The position numbers and the translations under genes were made by a program. This document shows, one piece after another, positions 27,775-37,498 of a stretch of 64,000 bases of DNA (positions are counted from its first letter, which is position 1; each line of letters starts with the position of its first letter). Under the pieces are notes generated by a model. It was given only the letters and a program-made list of their open reading frames with translations, did not search any database and was not told where the DNA came from. The stretch covers positions 119,214-183,213 of the forward strand of contig JAFTRA010000042.1 in NCBI GenBank assembly GCA_017462485.1. Direction: 5' to 3'. This DNA comes from Clostridia bacterium. Lineage in GTDB: Bacteria; Bacillota; Clostridia; Oscillospirales; CAG-272.

Positions 27775-30060
27775 TTATTTTCCCATATGGTATGGGGTTA
27801 TAATTTTAAGTTTTGACTGAAGCTCGCCAAGAGTTGAAACTGCGTCGGTTTCAAAATTAATGACGGTAGGAGAGCCTGGAATCAAGTCAACAAAATTGTC
27901 CGCAAAGGCTGCGTAAATTCCGTCAAAGGATATTCTTGCGGCATACGCAAAGGCAGATGCGGTAAGCTTAAGTGAAAATCTTTTTCCGCTTCCGGAAATT
28001 TCAGCTTTAATTTCGGGGTTTTCGAAAGCGAAATGCTTAATGGGAACAAAAAGCTCAGTCCCCTTAACGATAATCCCCTTTGAATCATAAAGCTCGTACG
28101 CCACAAAGTGAGAATTCTTCTCCTCGTTAAGATATTTTGAAAAATCTGCCACTATCGGTTCCGAAGCATCAGACTTATCAAGGGAGATTTCCTTTGAGGT
28201 TTCGAATCGGCAAACTCCCATAGCGTCGTGAAGAGCGTAAACAAGCTTGCCCGAAAATTCCTTCTTCGTTCCGTTAATTACCGTAAAGCGCATTTCATCT
28301 CCGCACGATACGGCACTAACCGTTATTGGAGAGAAGAAATTCCTTGCGTAATAAAGGAGCGCCTTTTCTCTTCCGAACGAATCTATCATAGATGACGATA
28401 CGCACTGCCAACCGTCATTCAGCTGACGCAGAGCTGCGCTCATAGAGTGAGAGCTTTTCTCTCTCGCACATCTTACTGAGCGCGAAGCCTCTATAGCCGC
28501 CGAAAGCTCGGTTGCGTATATAAGCTCAGACATTCCCGTTGGGAATTTCAGGTTTTTCGAGATTGAGATAATCATATTTTGACACGCATCCGTGATTGCC
28601 GTATGAAGCTCGACCGCTTTTGAGAAAAGATTTACGTCTCCCTCACGCGCAATCGAAACCATAGTAAGCTCGGTGGGAAGCGAGTACAATGCCTTTCCCG
28701 ATGCCTTCGCGTCGGAACACGAAGCGTATCTTTCATCGTGACCAAAGAGCTTATCGGGGTTTGACAGAACTACCGTATTCGGTGCGCCGAATTTTAACAC
28801 GGGGCCGATGATTCTCATAGTTACCGCACGGAATTCCTCTATGGCGTCGGGATAAATTCTCATTCCGCCCCTCTCGGATTCTGTAATAGAGATAAACATA
28901 AGCGCAACCGACGGATGAATGGCGAATCTTTTTACAGTGTCGTCTATCGCATCTGTAAGTCCAGCTGCAAAAACGCCTGCCGCGGGCGGCGCTATGTAAG
29001 GCACGGAAAGCGACTGCCACACAAGGATACCTTTTTTATCGCAGGCATCGTAAAAGCTATCAGGAAGCGCTATTCCCTCATCAAATACGGTCAGTGTGTT
29101 CATATTGCGCGATATCACCGAATTCAGAAGAGCTTCGGTTTTTTCTTTAGAAACGCCGGAAAGAATTGAGCTCTCTCTTACATAAACCGCTCCCGAGGAA
29201 AAGATTTTAGTACCGTTGACTATCACCGCAGGAGCGCCGTTTTCCTCCGATTTCAAATCAATAGTTCGAAGTCCTATACGCCTCTCGTAAGTATCTGCAA
29301 CATCAGCTCCGTGATAAAGCGTTACACTGAGCTTATACAAGGATGGAGCGCCAAAGCCTCGGGGCCACCAAAGCTCCGGGTCGGGAACTGTAATTTTTAT
29401 ACCATCCTCATAAATTCCGCCGAAATATATCTTGCCGGAAGGCGACATAAGGCTCGCTACTATACGAACGTCATCGTCACTGCCTAAAATTTCGGGCTTA
29501 ACGATAACATTGACTCTTCCCTCTCCGTGCTCCTGCGAAAGCGTAACTCCGCTGACGAGGGCGCTGTCCGTCATAAGAATTTCGGGACGGCAAAGCACTG
29601 CGATATCTGAAAGGACAGGCGGCATATCGTATTCGCCCGATACCTCACCCGAAGAGGAAAGAATATTCTTTCTCAAAATGGGCTCGGTGCAATTTATGCG
29701 GAGCGTGTTTTCACCCTCCTTAACTCTGTCCGTCACGTCGAAAACGTAGTTAGCGTTCACATTGCTCATAAGCCCCTGGCTTCTATCGTTGAAGAAAACC
29801 TCGGCCTTTGCGCTCACGCCCTTTAGTGATAGATATATATGCTTTTTTGACGCTTCCGCAGCGGAAAAATCTATTTTTGCGACGAAGCTTGCCGCTTTTG
29901 GAAGCAAATCGTTCGTCATAAGTATATTCTTATCAAAATAGGGGTCCTCGATATATCCGCTTGCCAAATATGCCGAGCAAACGCTCGTGGGCACGGAGCA
30001 TTCAATATCCGAATATTTCCCGGCTGTAAGATATAAGGTCTTTATTTCTTTTTTTATCAT
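27775..30060 (-). CDS. GH2-like protein (beta-mannosidase-like architecture) with degenerate catalytic motifs
   Basis: N-terminal sugar-binding and Ig-like regions and GILVWQ resemble GH2 beta-mannosidases. The expected WxGNNE and SEFG motifs are not recognisable (see findings). Confidence 0.65.
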   Translation of the reverse strand: MIKKEIKTLYLTAGKYSDIECSVPTSVCSAYLASGYIEDPYFDKNILMTNDLLPKAASFVAKIDFSAAEASKKHIYLSLKGVSAKAEVFFNDRSQGLMSNVNANYVFDVTDRVKEGENTLRINCTEPILRKNILSSSGEVSGEYDMPPVLSDIAVLCRPEILMTDSALVSGVTLSQEHGEGRVNVIVKPEILGSDDDVRIVASLMSPSGKIYFGGIYEDGIKITVPDPELWWPRGFGAPSLYKLSVTLYHGADVADTYERRIGLRTIDLKSEENGAPAVIVNGTKIFSSGAVYVRESSILSGVSKEKTEALLNSVISRNMNTLTVFDEGIALPDSFYDACDKKGILVWQSLSVPYIAPPAAGVFAAGLTDAIDDTVKRFAIHPSVALMFISITESERGGMRIYPDAIEEFRAVTMRIIGPVLKFGAPNTVVLSNPDKLFGHDERYASCSDAKASGKALYSLPTELTMVSIAREGDVNLFSKAVELHTAITDACQNMIISISKNLKFPTGMSELIYATELSAAIEASRSVRCAREKSSHSMSAALRQLNDGWQCVSSSMIDSFGREKALLYYARNFFSPITVSAVSCGDEMRFTVINGTKKEFSGKLVYALHDAMGVCRFETSKEISLDKSDASEPIVADFSKYLNEEKNSHFVAYELYDSKGIIVKGTELFVPIKHFAFENPEIKAEISGSGKRFSLKLTASAFAYAARISFDGIYAAFADNFVDLIPGSPTVINFETDAVSTLGELQSKLKIITPYHMGK

Positions 30061-30279
30061 ATTTTTCTCTCCACGGTACTCACAAAACGGTTTTATTATA
30101 TTATATCATATCTCTTTTCCAAAATAAATGGTTAAAATTGCACAAAGTAATCGTCTTTTTTTGGTTATTGTTTCAAACATTTAAAAATAAAAATAAGAAA
30201 TTCCGAAAATGGACTTGAAGCTTTTTCCGAAGTATGTTAAAATATCGTATGAAATTATAGGTATCAGGAGGCAAATATC

Positions 30280-30891
30280 TTGAAGAAAGTATTCAGCTTG
30301 ATTTTCTGCGTGATTCTCTTCAGCGCTTTTGCTTTAGCGCTTTCGTCATGCGGACTGTTTAATAAAAACGAGCCCAAGGAGCATGCTCATACGCTTGGCG
30401 AATGGTTTGTTTCCGTTGCTCCCACTTGCGCTGAAAACGGCACGCAGAAAAGAGTTTGCACCTCCGAGGGCTGCACTTATTATGAAACAAAATCGATAAT
30501 TGCCACAGGGCATGATCTTGTTTCGGAAAAGGGAGTTCCCAATAGCTGTATAAGCATAGGTTGGAACGATTACGAAAAATGCACCAAGTGCTCTTACTCG
30601 ACGTACGAAGAAATCCCCGCTACCGGACACGTATATAATCAAGACATTTGCCGCAACTGCGGACAGGAGCATATTCACTCCTACGGTGATTGGTACGGCG
30701 ATACGGCGACCTGCTCCGGTACCGGACTTAAATACAGAAAATGCGTCGGTTGCACGCACGTAGAGAGCACGCCTACTCCCGCTATTGCTCACAAGGTTGA
30801 CGGTGGCGTATGCACGGTTTGCCACGAGGAAGTTGAACAAGAGGATAACGGTGACGATATCGTTCTCCCACCCGAAATATTTGAGGAATAA
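30280..30891 (+). CDS. small cysteine-rich lipoprotein (four H..W..C..C..C modules)
   Basis: AGGAGG RBS, TTG start. The signal peptide ends LALSSCG (lipobox). About 20 Cys in 203 aa. Confidence 0.7.
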   Translation: MKKVFSLIFCVILFSAFALALSSCGLFNKNEPKEHAHTLGEWFVSVAPTCAENGTQKRVCTSEGCTYYETKSIIATGHDLVSEKGVPNSCISIGWNDYEKCTKCSYSTYEEIPATGHVYNQDICRNCGQEHIHSYGDWYGDTATCSGTGLKYRKCVGCTHVESTPTPAIAHKVDGGVCTVCHEEVEQEDNGDDIVLPPEIFEE

Positions 30892-30955
30892 TATCTTACG
30901 TAGATAATTGGGCTACCCGCATCGGTGGGTAGCCCAAAGTATTAAAGGAGTTAAA

Positions 30956-31960
30956 ATGAACACGCTGCCCTACAAGGATAAAATACGCATCGAGAGACTC
31001 ATTTGCACTTTTGAGGATAATTTCCGCATAACGCAGCTTTATGCGGCATACCTCGAAAGCTTTCCCGAAATTATAACAAAGGAGATAATAAACGAGCTAT
31101 GCTGCGATTCGGGAATAAGAAAAGAGGATGCTATAGCCGCGCTTCTTTGCGAATTTTTCGCACTTGATACCGATAAGAACGAGGCGGACAGACGCATATT
31201 CAGAAATTATATACTTCCCTCTATACGAATACTGGACCCGAAGAAATACACCGAAAATCCTTATTATAAAAACGTTAAGCTTCCCGACAAAAAGCTTGGA
31301 AATTGGGAATTTAAAAACGAGAGCTATGCGCCTTACAGGGCTGTTATTTGCCACGATATGATAATAGGAGAGGATTTCTCGGAAATCCCACCGCTTGGAT
31401 TTTTCGAGGAAAAATTCGAATTTCCCGCCGTGCTTGAAGACGGAAACGAGTGGATGACTCTCACACCGGTTGACCTTGACACGTGCGAGGACGCTATAAG
31501 CTCTGCCTTCGGTAAGGTCGTGACCTTTGGGCTTGGTCTTGGATATTACGCATATATGGTCGCAAGACGACCTGAGGTTGACTCCATTACTATCGTAGAA
31601 AAGAGCCACGACGTCATAAAGCTTTTCAAGGAATATGTTCTTCCCTACTTCGAGCATCCCGAAAAGGTTCGCATCGTATGCGACGACGCATTTGACTACG
31701 CAGAAAAAAGAATGCCTAACGAAAAATTCGACTACGCTTTTGTTGACACTTGGCGTGACGCTTCCGACGGCGCGCCTATGTACGAGAGAATGAAGGCTCT
31801 TGAGCATCTTAGCCCCAACACGCGCTTTTCTTACTGGATAGAAAACTTCCTCGTATCCAACATACGTGCCAAAAGATTCGTTGATATAAGAGAGGATTAC
31901 AGAAGCGGTAAGCTTAATATGAGCTACGAGGAAATAGAAAGAAAGCTTGGTAAAAGATAA
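30956..31960 (+). CDS. class I SAM-methyltransferase / spermidine-synthase-like fold protein
   Basis: AAAGGAG RBS before the ATG at 30956. Glycine-rich VVTFGLGLGYYAY, then ITIVEKS, then FDYAFVDTW, is the spacing of Rossmann-type MTase motifs. Weak by-eye call. Confidence 0.45.
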   Translation: MNTLPYKDKIRIERLICTFEDNFRITQLYAAYLESFPEIITKEIINELCCDSGIRKEDAIAALLCEFFALDTDKNEADRRIFRNYILPSIRILDPKKYTENPYYKNVKLPDKKLGNWEFKNESYAPYRAVICHDMIIGEDFSEIPPLGFFEEKFEFPAVLEDGNEWMTLTPVDLDTCEDAISSAFGKVVTFGLGLGYYAYMVARRPEVDSITIVEKSHDVIKLFKEYVLPYFEHPEKVRIVCDDAFDYAEKRMPNEKFDYAFVDTWRDASDGAPMYERMKALEHLSPNTRFSYWIENFLVSNIRAKRFVDIREDYRSGKLNMSYEEIERKLGKR

Positions 31961-32040
31961 TATAGCAAGCTTTCATTTTACTAAAAAACGGCAGAGCCTA
32001 GGAAATCATCCCGACTTTGCCGCTTTTTTATTCGCATTTT

Positions 32041-32601
32041 TCAGTTTTCTTCCTCTTCGTCGCTCTCTTCTTTGAAGTCCGCTTTAGCAAGAGCTGCGTA
32101 TTCAAGAAGTCGTGCGGCAAGCTCGTCGGTTCCCTCTATTATCACCTCAAAGGACTCAGTCCTTGTCTTCGCAAGAATCATATATACAGCATCGGGTGAG
32201 AAGCTTGCAGCAAAGTTGTATTTACGGTATCCGGCTTCGGTTTTATGGAGTTTAAGCTCATTTTTTGTAAACTTTTGTATGCTTATTATACTATAAAGCG
32301 GCAAGCAACCCATCATACTCTGGCGTTTTCCTACCACCTTCGTGAATATCAAAAACGCATCAGAGTCGCTTCCCTCTCTTACAGAGTATGAGTAGTCTGA
32401 GGTTATATATCTTATATAGAACATAGTAGATGCGGTAAGTCCCGCAACGGCGAGAAGACTTATTATTCCCGCATATTTATCCACCGTCATAGAAAGCACT
32501 ACAAGAAGAGCGCTTATACCGATAAGAGTAAAGAACGTAGGCATTGCTCGGCGTTTATCCGCAAGGGTACGGTATGAGAAAGGTATTATTTTTTCGTTCA
32601 T
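32041..32601 (-). CDS. hypothetical membrane protein (2 TM), acidic C-terminus
   Basis: GGAG RBS before the ATG at 32601. Two hydrophobic helices near the N-terminus. I recognise no family. Confidence 0.55.
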   Translation of the reverse strand: MNEKIIPFSYRTLADKRRAMPTFFTLIGISALLVVLSMTVDKYAGIISLLAVAGLTASTMFYIRYITSDYSYSVREGSDSDAFLIFTKVVGKRQSMMGCLPLYSIISIQKFTKNELKLHKTEAGYRKYNFAASFSPDAVYMILAKTRTESFEVIIEGTDELAARLLEYAALAKADFKEESDEEEEN

Positions 32602-32690
32602 ATAAATCTCCGAATTTTTAATTTGCAAAGCTTGATAAAGCAAAAATTACCGCTATAACCTGAGTTACCCGTTGGAATAAAAACAAAGAA

Positions 32691-33419
32691 TTATTTTTTA
32701 AATTTATAGTCCTCAAACTTCGAGTAATTTTCGTTATTTTCGTAAATAGGAATCATATACGTATCTTTTGCCGCATCGGAATCGGGGGCGAGATTCTTCT
32801 CCCACGGAGTATCGTTCTCGGGCTTAACTCTCACCTCAAGTCTTATCCAGTACGGACTACCCTCGCCCGAAAAATCAATTCCGTCAAAGACGAGCTTCTT
32901 GTATCTATACATTACCTGCGAGGCGAAAACCGAATCGCTTACCACGTCGTAATAGACGAGTCCTGCCTCATCACCGTAGCTTGCGCAAAGGCGGTATTCG
33001 AAAACATCCTCATCGTCAGCGTCAAGCTCGCGTCCGAGCTCGTCCGAAAATCTTCTGACGGTCGAGGTATTATATCTCACGGTTATCTGAAGCTGACCGA
33101 GCTCCTCTATGACGTAAAGATAATCGCAGAAGAAGTTGCCGAGATCCTCGTCGTCATAGGGCGCGCGCAGGCTCTGCGTTTTCACCGAGATATTATCTCC
33201 GAGCGCACTGTAATGCGCTTCAAGCGCATCGTTTATATAAAGCTCTTCGACCGAATCGGGATAATTATTGAAAACTATCAGCCTGAACGCAATCAGCCCC
33301 ACAACCGACACGCACATAAAAGCAATCAAAATTTTAAGTATAATAACTATCGGATTTTTAGATTTAGGCGAATCATCGTCTATCTCGTCATAATCGCCAT
33401 ATCTTTCGTAATCTGACAT
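32691..33419 (-). CDS. hypothetical N-terminally anchored membrane protein
   Basis: One TM helix (IVIILKILIAFMCVSVVGLIAFRLIVF) followed by a soluble domain. I recognise no family. Confidence 0.55.
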   Translation of the reverse strand: MSDYERYGDYDEIDDDSPKSKNPIVIILKILIAFMCVSVVGLIAFRLIVFNNYPDSVEELYINDALEAHYSALGDNISVKTQSLRAPYDDEDLGNFFCDYLYVIEELGQLQITVRYNTSTVRRFSDELGRELDADDEDVFEYRLCASYGDEAGLVYYDVVSDSVFASQVMYRYKKLVFDGIDFSGEGSPYWIRLEVRVKPENDTPWEKNLAPDSDAAKDTYMIPIYENNENYSKFEDYKFKK

Positions 33420-33636
33420 CTTCCACACCTTTCAAATTATTCATCTTCATTTATTATAGCTTTTATATTTTATATTGTCAATAAAATTTTAAAATGTTTA
33501 AAGTAAGTTTAAAAAGCGCAAGGATTTAAAGTATAATAATAAAAAAGCCAAAACCGCAATTTTCAATCTCGGTATTTTGAAAACGTTAAAATAAAGTAGA
33601 GGTACCGAATTAACAATACCTCTACTTTGTTTTTAT

Positions 33637-33884
33637 TCGTTTATGCCGAAATGCGAAAACTCTCGCTTTAGCGAACGGATTTCGAGCAGAAATCTTCGTT
33701 CTTCGCTCCGAAGCTGTACCTTTGTACAGCGAGAGGGCGAAAACGGAGATAAAACAAAAAACTTCAATAAAAAGGAGAAATTCGCAGAATTTCAACCTTA
33801 GAACTTCAAATACACATAAATTTAGGGCGAAGATACTAACATCCTCGCCCTTGTTTTTTGTTCGGTTATGCCGAAATGCGAAAG
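33637..33884. repeat. repeated intergenic element, copy A (downstream of gap)
   Basis: Shares two conserved blocks with 37499-37694: GCGAACGRATTT.GAG.AGAAATCTTC..CTTCGCTC.GAAGC, and AAATACACATAAATTTAG.GCGAAGATACTAA..ATCCTCGCCCTT.TTTTTTGTTCGGTTATGCC.AAAT.CGA. Confidence 0.75.
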
Positions 33885-33891
33885 CTAGAAA

Positions 33892-34941
33892 TTAAGCAAG
33901 CTCTGCGAAATACTTAATAGTTCTAACCATCTGGCTGGTGTAGGAGTTCTCGTTGTCATACCAAGAAACAACCTGTACCTGATAGGTATCCTCGTCAATC
34001 TTAGCTACCATGGTCTGAGTAGCATCGAAGAGAGAACCGTAGGTCATACCGATAACGTCGGAAGAAACGATCTCATCGGTGTTGTAACCGAAGGAATCGG
34101 AAGCCTGAGCCTTCATAGCTGCGTTGATAGCTTCCTTGGTAACGTCCTTACCCTTAACAACTGCAACAAGGATAGTAGTAGAGCCTGTGCAGGTGGGAAC
34201 TCTCTGTGCGGAGCCGATGAGCTTACCGTTAAGCTCGGGGATAACAAGGCCGATTGCCTTTGCAGCACCGGTAGAGTTGGGAACGATGTTCTGCGCACCA
34301 GCGCGAGCACGGCGAAGGTCACCCTTTCTGTGAGGACCGTCAAGAATCATCTGTTCGCCGGTGTAAGCGTGAACGGTAGTCATAATACCGGACTGAATAG
34401 GAGCGTAGTCGTTAAGAGCCTTAGCCATAGGAGCAAGGCAGTTGGTGGTGCAGGAAGCAGCGGAGATGATCTGGTCATCAGCGGTGAGGTTAGTATTGTT
34501 TACACCGTAAACGATGGTCTTGAGGTCGTTGCCTGCGGGAGCAGAGATAACAACCTTCTTTGCGCCGGCATTGATGTGAGCCATGGACTTCTCCTTAGAG
34601 CAGTAGAAGCCTGTGCACTCGAGAACAACGTCAACTCTGAGCTTCTTCCAAGGGCACTTTACAGCATCCTTCTCGGAATAAATCTTGATTTCCTTGCCGT
34701 CAACGATGATAGCGCCGGGGGTAACTACCTTACCGTTCTCGTTAACAACTGCATCCTTGTAATCAACGGTGTGACCGTAAGGACCCTGAGCAGTGTCATA
34801 CTTAAGAAGGTGAGCGAGCATCTTGGGGCTGGTGAGGTCGTTGATAGCAACGATCTGATAACCCTTTGCGCCAAACATCTGTCTGAACGCAAGACGACCG
34901 ATACGGCCAAAGCCGTTAATTGCAACTTTTACATTTGCCAT
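33892..34941 (-). CDS. gap: glyceraldehyde-3-phosphate dehydrogenase, type I
   Basis: [20 protein letters not shown], the active site [12 protein letters not shown], and WYDNE. Confidence 0.95.
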   Translation of the reverse strand: MANVKVAINGFGRIGRLAFRQMFGAKGYQIVAINDLTSPKMLAHLLKYDTAQGPYGHTVDYKDAVVNENGKVVTPGAIIVDGKEIKIYSEKDAVKCPWKKLRVDVVLECTGFYCSKEKSMAHINAGAKKVVISAPAGNDLKTIVYGVNNTNLTADDQIISAASCTTNCLAPMAKALNDYAPIQSGIMTTVHAYTGEQMILDGPHRKGDLRRARAGAQNIVPNSTGAAKAIGLVIPELNGKLIGSAQRVPTCTGSTTILVAVVKGKDVTKEAINAAMKAQASDSFGYNTDEIVSSDVIGMTYGSLFDATQTMVAKIDEDTYQVQVVSWYDNENSYTSQMVRTIKYFAELA

Positions 34942-34987
34942 TTTTGAAAATCCTCCAAAAAATATTAAATTTTATTTCGCGACTAAC

Positions 34988-35016
34988 ATTATAGCACAGT
35001 TTTTTTAAATATACAA
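34988..35016 (-). promoter_or_regulatory. sigma-A type promoter of gap
   Basis: On the minus strand: TTGTAT, 17 nt, TATAAT with an extended TGc just upstream. About 45 nt before the GGAGGA RBS. Confidence 0.6.
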
Positions 35017-35062
35017 TAGCTTTGACTAATTTTTATCAATTTTCTATGATATTTTGAAAAAA

Positions 35063-35797
35063 TCAATGATTTTTGGATAGTTTTTTGCCTATTTTGCCTT
35101 TTATTCGCCTGGGTTTATCCACATTTTTTAAAAAACCTATAATTTTTGGCAAGCGAGCTATGCGCTTCGGCTCCGACAACATACGAAACAGCCACTCGCA
35201 GCCGATAACCCTTATGGCCCTCGGCGCTCTTTTTTTCTCTTTCGAATATATATCCACCGAGCCACCGAGAGCGAGAAAAAGCGTTTTAGGAGCGTGTGTT
35301 CTCATCCTTTTAATAAATATCTCCTGCTTTGGCGAGCCGAGACAGACGAATACTATATCCGGCTTTCTTTCCGTCAAAAGTGATATGAAGGCATTTTCAT
35401 TTATATCATATCCCGAAAGAGCGAACTCGGGGATAACGCCCCCATGCCTCATAACAAGCTCCTGCATAGCTATTTCGGCAACACCGTCTTTCCCACCGAT
35501 AATACCGAGCTTGACCTCTCTTGATTCAAGCAAAGCCTCGCCAAGCTCAACACCCGGGAATCTTTCGGTAAAGACACCTCTCTTCTTCAAAACAGCTTCA
35601 ACACCTATTCCGTCGGGAATACACACCGAATCAAGAAGCGCTGCGCGGAGCTCCACGTTGTTTATAGAATCGTAAAGTATTTCGGGGTTAACTGTTGATA
35701 TAGCACCACCCCTGCCAAGCATCGAAGCGCATTTTTCTAATAACTCCTTACGTTTCCCCGTCTCTATTGTTACTCCTAAAATTTTAACGCAGTCCAT
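35063..35797 (-). CDS. tagA: WecB/TagA/CpsF-family glycosyltransferase (UDP-ManNAc transferase-like)
   Basis: ISTVNPEILY, PDGIGV, VCLGSPKQEIF, LALGGSVDIYS, RAPRAIRVIGCEWLFRMLSEPKR. Confidence 0.85.
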   Translation of the reverse strand: MDCVKILGVTIETGKRKELLEKCASMLGRGGAISTVNPEILYDSINNVELRAALLDSVCIPDGIGVEAVLKKRGVFTERFPGVELGEALLESREVKLGIIGGKDGVAEIAMQELVMRHGGVIPEFALSGYDINENAFISLLTERKPDIVFVCLGSPKQEIFIKRMRTHAPKTLFLALGGSVDIYSKEKKRAPRAIRVIGCEWLFRMLSEPKRIARLPKIIGFLKNVDKPRRIKGKIGKKLSKNH

Positions 35798-35912
35798 TTT
35801 TTACTCCTTTTATTTAAAACACGGTCTATCTTTACTCTTTACGCAAGAGGGCACAATACGAGGTAATTTTAATTCATAATCTCATTTTTTATTCAAGTCT
35901 CTGCTTTTATTA

Positions 35913-35941
35913 TTGACAAAATATAAAAATGATTGTATAAT
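35913..35941 (+). promoter_or_regulatory. consensus sigma-A promoter of rnpB
   Basis: TTGACA, 17 nt, TATAAT. Confidence 0.8.
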
Positions 35942-35945
35942 ATCA

Positions 35946-36320
35946 TAGACTGGGTGGGGCAATCGCGCGATAACACGCCGAAAGGTTTTATCGTGAGGAA
36001 AGTCCGGGCATCAGAGAGCAGGATAACGGATAACGTCCGTCTGGGGCGACCCACGGGAAAGTGCAACAGAAATAAACCGCCGTACCTGTACGGTAAGGAT
36101 GGAAAGGCGAGGTAAGAGCTCACCCGTTTCTATGGCAACATAGATCCGCTGTAAACCCTATCCGATGCAACGCCTTGAGCTTCGGGGCAACCCGAGCCGC
36201 TGCTCGCGGCTTATCATGGCGGCAGAGCCTTACGGCTTGAACTTAACGGTGACGTTAAGTGAAGATAGATGATTGCTGCGCCAAAAGGCGTACAGAACCC
36301 GGCTTACAAGCCCAGTCCAA
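35946..36320 (+). ncRNA. rnpB: RNase P RNA, bacterial type A
   Basis: Universal P4 halves GAGGAAAGTCCGGGC and ACAGAACCCGGCTTA. AGTGCAACAGAAA, GGTAAGAGCTCACC and AGATAGATGATTGC are present. P1 pairs GACTGGG (35948) with CCCAGTC (36311). Confidence 0.92.
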
Positions 36321-36348
36321 AGAAAGCAATCTGACAAAAACATAAAAC

Positions 36349-36410
36349 GAAAGCAGCTCAAGCTTCAAAAATGCATTTTAAGGTGCATAATCAAGCTTGA
36401 GCTGCTTTTC
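36349..36410. terminator. bidirectional terminator (rnpB and the convergent GDPD gene)
   Basis: 17-bp stem GAAAGCAGCTCAAGCTT / AAGCTTGAGCTGCTTTT. Confidence 0.8.
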
Positions 36411-36420
36411 TGCCGCAAAA

Positions 36421-37464
36421 TCAGTCGTTTTGCAAATTATTATTTACATATTCCTCATAAACAGCTTTTAATTTATGAGGATAATTAGTCATTATTCCGT
36501 CTGCGCCCAGCTCTATAAGCTGTCGCATTTCACTCTCGTCATCTATCGTCCAAAAATGTATAGCTATATTATGGCGGTGCATATTTTCTATAATTTCACG
36601 TTTTGCGTAAGTCACGCCAAGCTCTTCCATAGGAAGATGGAAAGCTGAGATTTTATCTCCGAAGAATAAATCGAGTCCGAAGTAATATAGAGCCGTATAT
36701 TTAACAGATGTCATAAGCGACGGAGTGTACATAACTCCCTCGGGAACCTTTCCGTTTTTCTGATACCGCGAAAGTCTTTTATAAACGTTATGATTAAAGG
36801 TCGCAATCGTCACACGGTCAAAGGCTTCGTGCTTTCTTATTACCTCGAGCGTAGCATCGAGCGCCCTTATACCGTCTTCGCCCTTTTGCTTTATTTCAAC
36901 GCTTACCATATTATCGGGAAAAGCCGAAAGAAGCTCATCGAAGGTCGTTGCCAAAAAGATTTCGCTATCCCTCGGAAAAACGCCCTCGGGATACTCGACG
37001 TCAAGCGGAGTTACCTCTATTCCGTCGTCGTTTTTGAACCTTGCTCTCTCGCCGACGAGTATGGTATCCTCTGTGTCATTATCATACCCAAAATTAACAC
37101 GGTCAGCTATTAAATCACTGTAATTCCAATCCGCGATATCTCCCGTCACGTTCGTGCGCCTATCAAGATTCGTGTTGTGCGAGAGAATAACCACTCCGTC
37201 CTTCGTTATGCTGACGTCGGTCTCCATCATTACGTTTTTATCTACGCTGTACGCATTATAGAATGCCTCGAGCGTATTGTCTGGAAATTCACCGTTTCCG
37301 CCGCCGTGTGCTATTAGAATAGGCATTTCCCCATCTTTTTTCATCAGCCGATTTTCACCTTCGGTATTCTCGCCTCTCGGGAAAAAATATACAAGCGCGT
37401 ATACGGCAAGAAATACAAGGAGCAAAATAGCGGTTATTTTATTTTCTATTTTCTTTTTTTCCAT
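36421..37464 (-). CDS. membrane-anchored glycerophosphodiester phosphodiesterase
   Basis: N-terminal TM helix, then ILIAHGGGNGEFPDNTLEAF ... METDVSITKDGVVILSHN. Confidence 0.85.
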   Translation of the reverse strand: MEKKKIENKITAILLLVFLAVYALVYFFPRGENTEGENRLMKKDGEMPILIAHGGGNGEFPDNTLEAFYNAYSVDKNVMMETDVSITKDGVVILSHNTNLDRRTNVTGDIADWNYSDLIADRVNFGYDNDTEDTILVGERARFKNDDGIEVTPLDVEYPEGVFPRDSEIFLATTFDELLSAFPDNMVSVEIKQKGEDGIRALDATLEVIRKHEAFDRVTIATFNHNVYKRLSRYQKNGKVPEGVMYTPSLMTSVKYTALYYFGLDLFFGDKISAFHLPMEELGVTYAKREIIENMHRHNIAIHFWTIDDESEMRQLIELGADGIMTNYPHKLKAVYEEYVNNNLQND

Positions 37465-37498
37465 TTAATAAAATGCAAGCTTTCCTTATTAAATTCTT

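Noticed and set aside
35838-35870. CGCAAGAGGGCACAATACGAGG resembles the MITE terminal repeat (GGCAAGAGGGAATAATACGAACTCG)
   Set aside because: Only about 16 scattered matching bases, with no partner inverted copy nearby. This is insufficient to call a second MITE end.
35893-36488. Three ORFs of 60-76 aa (35893-36123 minus, 35933-36115 plus, 36273-36488 plus)
   Set aside because: They overlap the RNase P RNA gene and its terminator. The region is fully explained by rnpB.
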